64,000 nt of DNA from contig CAVUBA010000031.1 of NCBI GenBank assembly GCA_963739595.1, positions 7,375-71,374 on the forward strand. The letters are read 5' to 3'. A program made the position numbers and the translations under genes. Below the pieces are notes generated by a model, which saw only the letters and a list, made by a program, of their open reading frames with translations, searched no databases and had not been told where the DNA came from. Numbering within the stretch: the first letter of the stretch is position 1; the number at the start of each line of letters is the position of its first letter. This document shows, piece by piece, positions 40,792 through 56,574 of the stretch. Source of the stretch: an uncultured Thermoleophilia bacterium. GTDB lineage: Bacteria > Actinomycetota > Thermoleophilia > UBA2241.

Positions 40792-42693
40792 ATGGCCAAA
40801 GTCATCGGCATCGACCTCGGCACGACCAACAGCGCGATGGCCGTGCTCGAAGGCGGCGAGCCGACCGTCATCCCGAACAGCGAGGGCGGTCGCACCACGC
40901 CGTCGGTGGTCGCGTTCTCGAAGAGCGGCGAGCGCCTGGTAGGCAGCGTCGCCCGTCGTCAGGCGGTCACGAATCCCGAGAACACCGTGTTCTCCATCAA
41001 GCGCTTCATGGGCCGCAAGTTCGGCGACGTCTCCGAAGAGATGACGATGGTGCCGTACCACGTGGTCAAGGCCTCCAACGGCGACGCCTCCGTGGACATC
41101 GGCGGCAAGACCTACTCGCCGCCCGAGATCTCCGCGATGATCCTGCAGAAGCTCAAGCGGGACGCTGAGGAGTACCTGGGAGAGAAGGTCAACGAGGCGG
41201 TCATCACCGTCCCCGCGTACTTCAACGACTCGCAGCGCCAGGCCACCAAGGACGCCGGCAAGATCGCCGGGCTCGAGGTCAAGCGCATCATCAACGAGCC
41301 CACCGCGGCCGCGCTCGCGTACGGCCTCGACAAGGAGCACGACCAGACGATCCTCGTGTTCGACCTGGGCGGCGGCACGTTCGACGTCTCCATCCTCGAT
41401 CTCGGGGAGGGCGTGTTCGAGGTGCGCTCCACCAACGGCGACACGCACCTCGGCGGCGACAACTTCGACAAGGCCGTCGTGGACTGGATGGTCGCGGAGT
41501 TCAAGCAGAGCCAGGGCATCGACCTGAGCGTCGACAAGATGGCGCTGCAGCGACTGTACGAGGCGGCGGAGAAGGCCAAGATCGAGCTCTCCACGACGAT
41601 GAGCTCGGCCGTGAACCTGCCGTTCATCACGGCCGACGAGAACGGGCCCAAGCACCTCGACCTCACCCTGACGCGGGCGAAGTTCGACGAGCTCACGCAC
41701 GACCTGGTCGAGCGCGTGGTGGCGCCGGTGAACGCCGCCATCAAGGACGCCGGCCTCAGCAAGGGCGAGATCAACGACGTGATCCTCGTCGGCGGCATGA
41801 CCCGCGTGCCGGCCGTGCAGGAGAGGGTCAAGGAGCTCATCGGCAAGGACCCGCACAAGGGCGTCAACCCTGACGAGGTCGTCGCCGTCGGCGCGGCCAT
41901 CCAGGGCGGCGTGCTCGCCGGCGAGGTCAAGGACGTGCTGCTCCTCGACGTCACGCCGCTGAGCCTCGGCATCGAGACCAAGGGCGGCGTGTTCACCCGG
42001 CTGATCGACCGCAACACCACGATCCCGACCAAGAAGAGCGAGATCTTCAGCACCGCCGACGACAACCAGACGAGCGTCGAGATCCACGTGCTCCAGGGTG
42101 AGCGCGACATGGCCGCCTACAACAAGACGCTGGGCAAGTTCCAGCTCGTGGGCATCCCGACGGCGCCGCGCGGCATCCCGCAGATCGAGGTCACGTTCGA
42201 CATCGACGCCAACGGCATCGTGCACGTGAGCGCCAAGGACCTCGGCACCGGCAACGAGCAGAAGATCACGATCACCGCCTCCAGCGGCCTCAGCGAGAAG
42301 GACATCGAGCAGATGATGAAGGACGCCGACGCGCACGCCGACGAGGACAAGAGGGCGCGCGAGATGGCCGACGTCAAGAACAACGCCGAGAACCTGCTCT
42401 ACAGCACCGAGAAGTCGCTGCGCGACATGGGCGACCGGGTCGAGGCGTCGACCAAGGCCGACATCGAGGCCGCGGGAGCCGAGCTCAGGACGGCGCTGGA
42501 CGGCGACGACATGGAGGCCATCCAGGCCAAGACCGAGACGCTCATGCAGGCCTCGCACAAGCTGGCCGAGGCCGTGTACCAGCAGGCGCAGCAGGAGCAG
42601 GCGGCAAGCTCCGACGGCTCCGGCTCGGCGCAGGAAGACGAGAACGTCGAAGAGGCCGACTACGAGGTCATCGACGAAGACGAGAGCAAGTAG
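40792..42693 (+). CDS. dnaK: Hsp70 chaperone DnaK
   Basis: [14 protein letters not shown]..., [19 protein letters not shown]; full length. Confidence 0.97.
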   Translation: MAKVIGIDLGTTNSAMAVLEGGEPTVIPNSEGGRTTPSVVAFSKSGERLVGSVARRQAVTNPENTVFSIKRFMGRKFGDVSEEMTMVPYHVVKASNGDASVDIGGKTYSPPEISAMILQKLKRDAEEYLGEKVNEAVITVPAYFNDSQRQATKDAGKIAGLEVKRIINEPTAAALAYGLDKEHDQTILVFDLGGGTFDVSILDLGEGVFEVRSTNGDTHLGGDNFDKAVVDWMVAEFKQSQGIDLSVDKMALQRLYEAAEKAKIELSTTMSSAVNLPFITADENGPKHLDLTLTRAKFDELTHDLVERVVAPVNAAIKDAGLSKGEINDVILVGGMTRVPAVQERVKELIGKDPHKGVNPDEVVAVGAAIQGGVLAGEVKDVLLLDVTPLSLGIETKGGVFTRLIDRNTTIPTKKSEIFSTADDNQTSVEIHVLQGERDMAAYNKTLGKFQLVGIPTAPRGIPQIEVTFDIDANGIVHVSAKDLGTGNEQKITITASSGLSEKDIEQMMKDADAHADEDKRAREMADVKNNAENLLYSTEKSLRDMGDRVEASTKADIEAAGAELRTALDGDDMEAIQAKTETLMQASHKLAEAVYQQAQQEQAASSDGSGSAQEDENVEEADYEVIDEDESK

Positions 42694-42715
42694 GACCAAG
42701 GAGGAGGTGTCGACC

Positions 42716-43172
42716 ATGGCGATCATCAGATGGGACCCGTTCCGCGAGATGACCCAGGTCCAGAACCAGTTCAACCGGCTGGTCGACCAGGTCTGGAACG
42801 ACCGTCAGGAGAGCTGGCTGCCGGCGGTCGACGTCTTCGACAAGAAGGACGCCGTCATCCTCAAGGCCGAGCTCGCCGGCATGGACCCCGACGACATCGA
42901 GATCGAGGTCGAGGACAACGTGCTCACCATCAAGGGCGAGCGCAAGTTCGAGGAGAAGGTCGAGGACGAGCGGTACTACCGCGTCGAGCGCCGTTTCGGC
43001 AGCTTCCAGCGCAGCCTCGCCCTCCCGCAGGGCGTCAAGGCCGACGAGATCCAGGCCGGCTACGAGGACGGCATCCTCACGGTCACCGTACCGAAGGCCG
43101 AGGCAGGAGAAGCCGCAGCGCATCGAGGTCAAGGCCAAGAAGACGGTCGAGGCCGCGAGAGCCGAGGTCTGA
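42716..43172 (+). pseudogene. Hsp20/alpha-crystallin small heat-shock protein; frame disrupted near 43106
   Basis: ACD motifs (PAVDVFDKKDAVILKAELAGMDPDDIEIEV...GILTVTVPK). The C-terminal tail EKPQRIEVKAKK...AEV-stop continues in the +1 frame. Confidence 0.8.
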
Positions 43173-43284
43173 CACAGATGACGCCGCGCGGACCGGCGGG
43201 CGGGGCGCAGCGCCTCGCCCGCCGGGACCCCGGTGTGACGGAGCGGCCCCGGCCGCGCAGCGCACGACGAGACAGAGAACGGAC

Positions 43285-43884
43285 ATGACGGACAGGAAGC
43301 ACACGACACAGGACCAGAAGCGCGCGAAGGCCGCGAAGGCCGCGAAGGCCGCCGAGGCGCTGGCTGCAGAGCCCGCCCCCGCGGCGAGCGAGGCCACCGA
43401 GGCGCAGATCGCCGAGGCCGCCGCCCAGGCGATCGCCGACGAGCTCGCCGTCGTCACGCGCGAGCGCGACGACTACCTCGACCACCTCCGCCGTCTCAAG
43501 GCCGAGTGCGACAACTACCGCAAGCGCGTGCAGCGCGACAACGAAGAGCTGCGTCTGCGCGCCGCCGAGACGGTCGTCGAGTCCTTGCTGCCGGTCATGG
43601 ACAACATGAGCCGCGCGCTCGAGGCCGGGGACAAGCACGAGGAGGGCCAGCTGCTGGCCGGCCTCGGCCTGGTCGCCGACCAGCTGCGCGGCACGCTGGC
43701 CGGTCACGGCCTCGAGGAGATCGAGGTCGAGCCGGGCACCACGTTCGACCCCGAGTACCACGAGGCGATCGTGGCCCAGCCGTCCGAGGAGTATCCCGAG
43801 GGCACGGTGACCCAGGTCCTGGAGCGCGGCTACCTCCTGCACGGCAAGCTGCTGCGGCCGGCCAAGGTCATCGTGGCCAGTTAG
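43285..43884 (+). CDS. grpE: Nucleotide exchange factor GrpE
   Basis: DYLDHLRRLKAECDNYRKR...FDPEYHEA...GYLLHGKLLRPAKV. Confidence 0.9.
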   Translation: MTDRKHTTQDQKRAKAAKAAKAAEALAAEPAPAASEATEAQIAEAAAQAIADELAVVTRERDDYLDHLRRLKAECDNYRKRVQRDNEELRLRAAETVVESLLPVMDNMSRALEAGDKHEEGQLLAGLGLVADQLRGTLAGHGLEEIEVEPGTTFDPEYHEAIVAQPSEEYPEGTVTQVLERGYLLHGKLLRPAKVIVAS

Positions 43885-43893
43885 CGGGCGGAG

Positions 43894-45024
43894 ATGACGG
43901 ACTACTATCAGACGCTCGGTGTCTCCAAGAACGCCTCGCAGGACGAGATCAAGAAGGCGTTCCGCAAGCTGGCGCGCGAGCACCACCCGGACAAGAACCC
44001 GGGCAACAAGGTCGCCGAGGAGAAGTTCAAGGAGGTCAGCTCGGCGTACGAGACGCTCTCCGATCCGGAGAAGCGCAAGCAGTACGACGAGCTCAGCCGG
44101 CTCGGCGCCTTCGGCCCCGGGCCGGGCGGCGGCTTCCGTCCCGGCGCCGGCGGCTCCCAGGGCTTCGACCCCAGCATGTTCGGCCAGGGCAACGTCCAGT
44201 TCGACGTGGGCGACCTCGGCGACATCCTCGGCAACCTGTTCGGTGGCGCGGCGGGCGGCGCCGGCCGCGGCCGCCGCAGGGCGGCCGAGCGGGGCGCCGA
44301 CCTCCAGGCCAACGTCACCGTGTCCTTCGACGACGCGCTGAGCGGCGTGACCGTGCGCGTGCCGGTCGACAAGGCCGACACGTGCGAGACCTGTCACGGC
44401 AGCGGCGCGAGGCCGGGCACGTCGCCCAAGGTCTGCCCGGAGTGCCAGGGGCGCGGCATGGTGGCGCGCAACCAGGGGCCGTTCGCCATGTCGGAGCCGT
44501 GCCCACGGTGTCACGGGCAGGGCACGATCATCGAGGACCCGTGCCCGACGTGTCGCGGCACGGGCGTCGAGCACAAGACCCGCCGGTACAACGTCAAGGT
44601 CCCGGCGGGCGTCAAGGACGGCAGCAAGATCCGCATCAAGGGCAAGGGTGAGGCCGGCTTCCGCGGCGGCCCGGCCGGCGACCTCTTCGTGCGCGTGCGC
44701 GTCGAGACCGACGAGCTCTTCGACCGGCACGGCGACAACCTCCTCGTCGAGGTGCCGGTCACGGTGTCGGAGGCGGCGCTCGGCGCCACCGTCAGGGTCC
44801 CCACGCCGGGCGGCGGCCGGGTGTCGCTCAAGGTCCCGGCGGGCAGCCAGGACGGCCGCAAGCTGCGGCTGCGCGGCAAGGGCATGCCCAAGCTCAAGGG
44901 CGGCCACGGCGACCTCCTCGTCGAGCTCCGGGTGCAGATCCCCGGCAAGCTGACCAAGGACCAGAAGCAGCTGTTCGAGAAGCTCGCGGCGACGTTCCCG
45001 GACCCGCGTTCGACGGCTGAGTAA
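43894..45024 (+). CDS. dnaJ: Hsp40 co-chaperone DnaJ
   Basis: J-domain (DYYQTLGV...HHPDKN), G/F region and four CxxCxGxG Zn-finger repeats. Confidence 0.95.
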   Translation: MTDYYQTLGVSKNASQDEIKKAFRKLAREHHPDKNPGNKVAEEKFKEVSSAYETLSDPEKRKQYDELSRLGAFGPGPGGGFRPGAGGSQGFDPSMFGQGNVQFDVGDLGDILGNLFGGAAGGAGRGRRRAAERGADLQANVTVSFDDALSGVTVRVPVDKADTCETCHGSGARPGTSPKVCPECQGRGMVARNQGPFAMSEPCPRCHGQGTIIEDPCPTCRGTGVEHKTRRYNVKVPAGVKDGSKIRIKGKGEAGFRGGPAGDLFVRVRVETDELFDRHGDNLLVEVPVTVSEAALGATVRVPTPGGGRVSLKVPAGSQDGRKLRLRGKGMPKLKGGHGDLLVELRVQIPGKLTKDQKQLFEKLAATFPDPRSTAE

Positions 45025-45055
45025 GTGCGCGGAGACCGACGGCGGAGACCTGGTC

Positions 45056-45470
45056 ATGAGACAGGAACACGACAGCGACAGACCGCTCTTCATGATCTCC
45101 GTGGCCGCGGAGCTCGCGGGGATGCACCCGCAGACGCTGCGCCTGTACGAGCGGCGCGGGCTGGTGCGCCCGCAGCGCACGGCCAAGAACACGCGCCGCT
45201 ACTCGGAGCGCGACGTCGAACGGCTGCAGCGCATCCAGGAGCTCACCGAGCTCGGGACTCAATCTTGCCGGCGTGGAGCGCGTGCTCGCGATGGAGGCGC
45301 AGCTGGATGCCCTGCACCGCCAGATGATGGCGCTCCAGACGCAGCTGGCGGAGGCCGCCGAGGCCATGCGGCGCGAGGTGGAGCGTGTCGAGCGCTCGCA
45401 CCGGATGGACCTGGTGCCGGTGAGCCGCGCCCAGGTCGTCCACATCGGCCGCCGCCGGCGCCACGCCTGA
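45056..45470 (+). pseudogene. hspR: MerR-family heat-shock repressor HspR; frame disrupted near 45257
   Basis: HTH ([44 protein letters not shown]). Continuation [16 protein letters not shown]... lies in the +1 frame (ORF 45273-45470). Position after dnaJ is typical. Confidence 0.8.
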
Positions 45471-45553
45471 CGCCGCGGATCGGGGTCCGACCCTGCGGGT
45501 CCCGCCCGCGCCACCCTTCCACAGAAGTCAGCGACTACCCAAGGAAACCACAC

Positions 45554-47974
<2,421 letters not shown>

Positions 47975-47997
47975 CCGCGTGCGGCTATAGTCGCGGC

Positions 47998-48261
47998 ATG
48001 GGCAAGGCCAGCAACGCAGTCCTCGGCGGCGTCGTCGGCGCCGCCGTCGGTGTGGTCCTCGCGCCCCGGCTCGGAGAGTCGCGGCGCGAGGCGCTCGGGC
48101 GGCTCCGCCTCGCCGCTCGTTCCGGCCGGGGCTCGGTCCGCGCCTTTTCCGGGACGCCCTGCGCGGCGGAGGGCCGCGCCGCGGTGCACGATCAGGGCGA
48201 CGCGCCACGCGCCGCCGGTGCGGCCTCGGCCGCTTCTGCAGGAGGAGATCACGATGGATGA
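47998..48261 (+). CDS. YtxH-like small protein
   Basis: GKASNAVLGGVVGAAVGVVLAP is a YtxH-type N-terminus. The C-terminal half is low complexity, so its extent is uncertain. Confidence 0.45.
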   Translation: MGKASNAVLGGVVGAAVGVVLAPRLGESRREALGRLRLAARSGRGSVRAFSGTPCAAEGRAAVHDQGDAPRAAGAASAASAGGDHDG

Positions 48262-48565
48262 CCCCCGGGCCGGGACCGAGGCCATGCGTGACAGCAGCGG
48301 GTTCAAGGAGCTCGAGGTCGTGGCGTACATCGGCGAGTTCAAGATCGTCGGCATCGCCCACTTCGGCGTCGGCCAGCGCGCCAGCTCCCGGCGCCCCTCG
48401 GACTACATCCGCGCGTTCAGCGACAGCCGGCTCACGCTCTCGAAGGTGCGCATCTACGGCAAGGGCAACCAGGACCTGTTCGAGACGGCACCCTTCATCA
48501 TCCTGAACCTGGACAAGGTCGACTTTCTCTACGCGCGCGACGACCCCGACGCGGTGGCGGAGTGA
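48254..48565 (+). CDS. Hypothetical protein
   Basis: ATG 48254 preceded by AGGAGGAG. 103 aa with non-repetitive composition. Confidence 0.55.
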   Translation: MDDPRAGTEAMRDSSGFKELEVVAYIGEFKIVGIAHFGVGQRASSRRPSDYIRAFSDSRLTLSKVRIYGKGNQDLFETAPFIILNLDKVDFLYARDDPDAVAE

Positions 48566-48584
48566 CCACGGCGGGCACCGTTCG

Positions 48585-49274
48585 ATGACGTACGAGGTCG
48601 AGCTCCTCATCCCGACGGCGCGCTTCGTCTTCAGCGTCGAGGGCGACGCCGTCGAGGTGCTGCCCGAACACCGCTCGCCGCAGGCGTTCGCGGAGTACCG
48701 CGAGCTGCGCGCGCGGCGGCCGGTGGTGGGCATGACGACGTTCCCCAACACCGTGCTGCTGCGCGGGCCGAAGACGATCCTCGTCGACCCGGGCCTGCCG
48801 CTGCAGAACGACCCCGCGCTGCGCGCGCTCGAGGCGCGGGGGCTCTCGGCCGCCGACGTGGACCTGGTCGTGCTCACGCACGCCCATCTGGACCACGCCG
48901 GCGGCTGCGCGTCCGTCCCCGCGCCCGTGGCCGTCCACGAGCTGGAGACGACGTCGGCGTACTGGCCGCTGGTCGGGGGACTCCTCGAGCTGCTGCCGCT
49001 CGATCTGCTCACCGGGGAGGCCGGCGAGCTGGCGCCCGGCCTCGAGTGGGCGCTCACCCCCGGTCACTGCGACGGGCACATCAGCCTGGCCGTCGAGACC
49101 GCCGGCGGGCGGGTCGTGCTGTGCGGCGACACCATCGGGCCCGGCAGGGACGAGTTCGACGCCATGGCGCCCGGCGGGCCGGCGGCCGACGTGGTGCTCG
49201 CCTCGTGGCGGCGCATCCGCGCCTGGGACCCGGCGCTCATCATCGCCGGGCACCTGCCGCCGTTCGCTCCGTGA
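48585..49274 (+). CDS. MBL-fold metallo-hydrolase
   Basis: THAHLDHAGG (HxHxDH) motif. Confidence 0.8.
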   Translation: MTYEVELLIPTARFVFSVEGDAVEVLPEHRSPQAFAEYRELRARRPVVGMTTFPNTVLLRGPKTILVDPGLPLQNDPALRALEARGLSAADVDLVVLTHAHLDHAGGCASVPAPVAVHELETTSAYWPLVGGLLELLPLDLLTGEAGELAPGLEWALTPGHCDGHISLAVETAGGRVVLCGDTIGPGRDEFDAMAPGGPAADVVLASWRRIRAWDPALIIAGHLPPFAP

Positions 49275-49355
49275 GGCCGGCCGCGCGGCGCAGCGTGCCG
49301 CGGCCGGCCTGTGCTACACTCAGGCCCCTTGTGACCACGCCCGGGAGACTCCTGC

Positions 49356-49691
49356 GTGCCTATCTACGAATACCGGTGTGACCAGTGCGGAGACTCGTTC
49401 GAGGTCATGCAGAAGATGAGTGACGACCCGATCGTCGAGTGCGAGAAGTGCGGCGGTGCGCTGCACAAGGTGCTGCACCCGGTCGCGATCCACTTCAAGG
49501 GCTCGGGCTTCTACACCACCGACTACGGCAAGGGCTCCGGCAGGCGCACAGCCGGCCGGGAGTCCGGTTCTGACGAGTCTTCGCCGAGCTCCACCGAGAG
49601 CTCCTCGGGCGACGGCGACTCCGTCAAGAGCGTGAAGAAGAAGCCGGCCTCCGGCGACGGCAAGGCCAAGGAGACGCAGAAGGCGACCTGA
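49356..49691 (+). CDS. FmdB-family zinc-ribbon protein
   Basis: MPIYEYRCDQCG...CEKCGG with a Ser/Gly/Lys-rich tail. Confidence 0.85.
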   Translation: MPIYEYRCDQCGDSFEVMQKMSDDPIVECEKCGGALHKVLHPVAIHFKGSGFYTTDYGKGSGRRTAGRESGSDESSPSSTESSSGDGDSVKSVKKKPASGDGKAKETQKAT

Positions 49692-49702
49692 CTCGCCGGG
49701 GG

Positions 49703-51019
49703 GTGAGCTGCGTGGAGCGACCGACCGACGAGGCCCTGCGCAAGGCGCAGACGACCCTGCGCGGGCTTGTGAGTGACGGCCCGTCGCGGCTCCCGTCTCT
49801 CAATCTGATCGCCGATTCCATCCGGCTCGAGCTCGAGAAGTCCGGCCAGGTCGCCCTCCTCTACGTCAGCCTGGCCCGCTACGGCCGCCTCGAGCCGGTG
49901 TTCGGCTGGCGCATCGTCGCCGAGATCCTCGACGCGGTGGCCGCCAACCTGGAGGGCATGGTCGGCAGCACCCTCCGCCGCCTCGACGTGGTCAGCGACT
50001 TCACGCTCACCGACGACGCCTTCATCGTGCTGCTGTCACCGCCGCGTTCCGCGGCCGTGATCGCGGACGAGGATCTCGCGGCCGTGACGCGGCGCGTCTA
50101 CGAGCGTCTCCAGTCGCTGCTGCTCAACGACCTGGCCCCCGGTGTGTACGACCGTATGCATCCGTCGGTCGGGTCGGCCGTGCTCGCCGTCGACGACGCC
50201 CTCACCTTCGAACAGAACCTGCAGCACGGCCTCGCGCTGGCGATGCAGGCGGCTGAAGAGCAGGCGGCGATCTACGACCGGGACATGGAGACGACCCTGG
50301 CCGACTGCGTGTCCAGGGGCGACCTCGAGCCGCTGTTCGAGCCCGTCGTCGACCCCGCGGCCAGGGAGGTCATCGGCTACCGCAGCAGCGTGCGCGGGCC
50401 GTTCTACTCGCCGCTGCGGCTGCCGGACGTGCTGCTCGACGTGGCCCGTCGCTCGCAGGTCCTCGCCTCCTACGGCGTGGTCGCGCGCGAGGCCACGGTC
50501 TCGGCGGCGGTGGGGCTCAAGTCCGACGACCTGCTGTTTCTCGGCTGCGCCGCCGGCGAGCTCCCCAACGCCGCCGTCGTGGCCGTGAGCGAGTTCTACT
50601 CCCTCAACAAGGCGCTCGTCCCGCAGCACGTGGTGTTCGAGATCGACGCCGAGGACCTCATGAGCAACACCGCGTCCACGCTGCGCACACTCGCAGACGT
50701 GCGCGACCTCGGCTTCCAGCTGTGCATCTCCGGCCTCGGGGCGCAGTTCACCACGCTCGAGCTCATCGCCGAGGCCGGCCCCGAGTTCCTGTGCCTCGAT
50801 CCCATGCTGGTCGCCGGCCTCGCCGGCGACCTCACGTCCATCGAGGTCGTGCAGCTGCTCGTGCGTTTCGCCGGCCGTACCGGCGCGCAGCTCATCGCCA
50901 CCGGCGTGCGCGCGCAGGAGGAGCAGCAGCTGCTGGCTCGTAACGGGGTCGAGCTCTTCTGCGGCGAGGCCTTCGCGCGCGCCGATACGCGCCTGCCGCA
51001 GGTGACGTTCCCGAAGTGA
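49703..51019 (+). CDS. Signalling protein with GGDEF-like and EAL-like domains, both apparently degenerate
   Basis: EAL-fold C-half (FEPVVD...IGY-RSS-VRG where EAL is expected, ...FEID...ISGLG...LCLD). No GG(D/E)EF motif in the N-half. Confidence 0.65.
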   Translation: MSCVERPTDEALRKAQTTLRGLVSDGPSRLPSLNLIADSIRLELEKSGQVALLYVSLARYGRLEPVFGWRIVAEILDAVAANLEGMVGSTLRRLDVVSDFTLTDDAFIVLLSPPRSAAVIADEDLAAVTRRVYERLQSLLLNDLAPGVYDRMHPSVGSAVLAVDDALTFEQNLQHGLALAMQAAEEQAAIYDRDMETTLADCVSRGDLEPLFEPVVDPAAREVIGYRSSVRGPFYSPLRLPDVLLDVARRSQVLASYGVVAREATVSAAVGLKSDDLLFLGCAAGELPNAAVVAVSEFYSLNKALVPQHVVFEIDAEDLMSNTASTLRTLADVRDLGFQLCISGLGAQFTTLELIAEAGPEFLCLDPMLVAGLAGDLTSIEVVQLLVRFAGRTGAQLIATGVRAQEEQQLLARNGVELFCGEAFARADTRLPQVTFPK

Positions 51020-51063
51020 GCGGGCCGCGCGCCGCTTCGCCGGCGCGGCCCCTCTCGGTGCGC

Positions 51064-51966
51064 TCAGGCGGTCAGGCTCGCGGGGAGCTCCCGCTCGCCG
51101 GCCACGCCCGTGAAGATGGTCACGCGGTTGCGGCCGCGCCGCTTGCTCTCGTAGAGCGCGGCGTCCGCCGCCTCGATGAGCTCGGCCTCGTCGGCCGCGC
51201 CGGCGGGGTAGGTGGCGATGCCGGCGGAGATGGTCGTACACACCTGGTCGCCGCCGCGGACTTCGACGGTGACCGTCTCGACGGCGCGACGCAGCCGCTC
51301 GGCCAGCTCGTAGCCCTGCGACTCGTCGCCACGGATGAGCACGGCGAACTCCTCACCGCCGTAGCGGGCGGCGACGTCCGCGTCCCTGACCAGCGTCGCC
51401 ACCGCGGCGCCGAGGCGCCGGAGCAGATCGTTGCCGGCCTCGTGGCCGTGCCGGTCGTTGAACTGCTTGAAGTGGTCGAGGTCGAGCATGAGCAGCGCGA
51501 GCTCGCCCCCGTAGCGGTCGATCTTGGTCACCTCGTTGTGCAGGTAGTCGACGAAGGTGCCGTAGTTGTAGAGCCCCGTGAGGCGGTCGGTGAGCGTGGT
51601 CGCGGCGAGCTCGCGTTGTGCGTCGCGGTGCCGGCGCTGGACGCGCCCGAGAAAGAGGCCGGTGACGAGGAAGAGGGCCGTGCCGAGCAGAGCCTGCCGC
51701 ACGAGCTCGGGCGTGGCCGGAGCGAAGAAGCTGTAGTAGAGGACGAAGAAGTTGCCCAGCCACACGGTGACGGCGAGGCTGCCGAGCTCGAAGAAGAACA
51801 CGGCGGCCAATACGAGCGGGAAGAGGAAGAGCGGCCAGAGGTAGCCGGGTCCGGTCACGGTGACCAGGGCCGAGACTCCCGCGAGCGACGCGAGCAGGGC
51901 GCCGCCACGGCGCAGGCTATGGCGCCTGCCGTCGCTGTCGTTCGGGACGTGCGTCGCTAGGGTCAC
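51064..51966 (-). CDS. Membrane-anchored diguanylate cyclase (GGDEF)
   Basis: Four or five TM helices, then a GGDEF domain with an intact GGEEF and an RDAD (RxxD I-site) five residues upstream. GTG 51966 chosen as start. Confidence 0.8.
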   Translation of the reverse strand: MTLATHVPNDSDGRRHSLRRGGALLASLAGVSALVTVTGPGYLWPLFLFPLVLAAVFFFELGSLAVTVWLGNFFVLYYSFFAPATPELVRQALLGTALFLVTGLFLGRVQRRHRDAQRELAATTLTDRLTGLYNYGTFVDYLHNEVTKIDRYGGELALLMLDLDHFKQFNDRHGHEAGNDLLRRLGAAVATLVRDADVAARYGGEEFAVLIRGDESQGYELAERLRRAVETVTVEVRGGDQVCTTISAGIATYPAGAADEAELIEAADAALYESKRRGRNRVTIFTGVAGERELPASLTA

Positions 51967-52160
51967 GCGGCTCCTTCTCAGCCTTGCCTCGGCACTCCTA
52001 CGACGGGCGCTTCTGCAATCCTGCCGGGCGGAAGCTCGCCGCCCGTTGTCGCCACAGGCTACAGGCGCGGGACGCGGGGCGCGAGAGCCGTGGGCGAACG
52101 TCAACGGGGCCGGCCGGGTGCCGCCGGCATCGTCCACCGGCGTTCGGCTAGAATCGTCCT

Positions 52161-52935
52161 GTGGCCCTGCAGATCCTCCTCACCAACGACGACGGTATCG
52201 ACGCCCCCGGCATCGCCGTGCTGCGCCGCGCCCTCGACGGTCTCGGCGAGGTCACCACGATCGCGCCGGACCGCAACACGAGCGCGGTGGCTCGCGGCAT
52301 CACCGTTCGCCGTCCTCTCGCCCTGCGGCCGCGCCCCTTCGGCGACGGCTATCACGGCTTCGCCGTCGACGGGACGCCGTCGGATTGCGTGCGTATCGCC
52401 CTGCTCGGCCTGCGCTGCCCCCTGCCCGACCTCGTCGTCTCCGGAGTCAATGCGGGCGGCAACATGGGGGCCGACGTCACCTACTCGGGCACCGTCGGCG
52501 CCGCTTTCGAGGCCGCCCTTCGCGGGCGCCCGGCGGCCGCCTTCTCCGTCGAGTCGCTCGAGCCCGGCTGGCTCGACGAGGCCGTGCCGATCCTGCGCGC
52601 GATGGTCGGCCACGTCATCGAGCGCGGCCTGCCGCGCCACAGCATCCTCAACGTCAACCTCCCGGACCGGCCGCTCGCGGAGATCACCGGCATCCGTCCC
52701 GCCCGGCTCGGCGGCGCCAGCGCCTACGACTACGTCACGCTCGCCGGGGACGACGGCGCCGCGCCCGCGGAGCACTACCTGCCCTGCGACCATCCGGCCT
52801 CCGGCGAGGGGGCGGAGACGGACTTCGACGTCGTCGCCTCCGGCGCGGTGGCGGTCACGCCCCTGCGCTACGACCTGCTGGACCCGGACCTGCTGGCGGA
52901 CCTGGCCGGCTGGGACCTCGACCTGGAGCGGCTCC

Positions 52936-52943
<8 letters not shown>
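52161..52943 (+). CDS. surE: 5'/3'-nucleotidase SurE
   Basis: ILLTNDDGIDAPGI...SGVNAGGNMG. Confidence 0.9.
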
Positions 52944-55830
<2,887 letters not shown>

Positions 55831-55939
55831 CGCTGGCCTGACCTGCGTTCGGCGTTCTCGCAGTCGGGCTCAAAACGGTCGTGAACCTACCCGAAACGGC
55901 AACCGACAGGCAAGCGTTTCAGGCTGCTCGCTTCATATC

Positions 55940-55957
55940 GGTTAATATTTGGTTAAT
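55940..55957. repeat. Tandem GGTTAAT direct repeat (11-nt spacing) in an AT-rich island
   Basis: cGGTTAATatttGGTTAATcatt sits inside the only markedly AT-rich stretch (about 55925-55985) of the ligA-mtbB intergenic region. Confidence 0.4.
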
Positions 55958-56574
55958 CATTGCTCAATACATGAATCCTAGTCTCCGTCTTGCGATGCTT
56001 CCCGTCTCCGAGAAGCCCGCTGCCAGCGCCAAGTGGCTGGTACCTCCTATCTTCTTGGTTCGCCCCGGCCCCGGGCGGACCACGGCCTGAGGGCCGACGG
56101 GCGCCGCCCCCAAAAGCGGCTCTGCTCGTCGGCCCTCGGCCACCTTAATGGCGCGGATCCCAGACGATCGCACCAGGGTCCGCGCCTGCCCCGTAACCGG
56201 GCAGCAACCCTTCCTTCGCGCGGGTTCGCGCTGCTTCACGCCGGTCGCAACATTCTCTGGGGATGCTGTGAGTGGCTCCTTTCGCTGGCAAGCGAAGACC
56301 CCCCCACCACGAGGGTTTGCCCCAAAGCCCTTGTTCGAGGCCCCGTTCCCCGCGGGGCCTCGTCCCTTTGATGGCCCCGGGCGACCGGTTCCGCCGGCGT
56401 CCGCAGCGGTTCCCTCACCTTTGGCCCGCGCCGCCGTGAACTTTGCCGAAGTATCCGCCGCTGACAGGCGCGGCGCGGGCCTGTAGCCTCGGGTCGCCGC
56501 CTGGGGAAGCCGCGAGAGTCGCGGCCGGTGCTCCGGCGGCGGCACGCACACCACGAGGGCCGACGGAGGGGGCG

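Noticed and set aside
56033-56486. ORFs 56033-56371 and 56148-56486 (+) as protein genes upstream of mtbB
   Set aside because: There is no ribosome-binding site, no GC3 periodicity and a Pro/Arg/Gly-rich translation without motifs. The region is dominated by inverted repeats, so it is more likely RNA or leader.
55990-56574. Tried to assign the structured intergenic region to RNase P RNA, tmRNA, SRP RNA or a cobalamin riboswitch
   Set aside because: None of the diagnostic elements is present on either strand: GGAAAGTCC-type CR-I for RNase P, a tRNA-like 3' end for tmRNA, the GGAAGCAGCC SRP motif, or the B12 box with a CCCGCAACTGT-like core. The sequence GGTGAGGGAACC on the minus strand only superficially resembles a cobalamin riboswitch start. 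The region is reported as unexplained instead.
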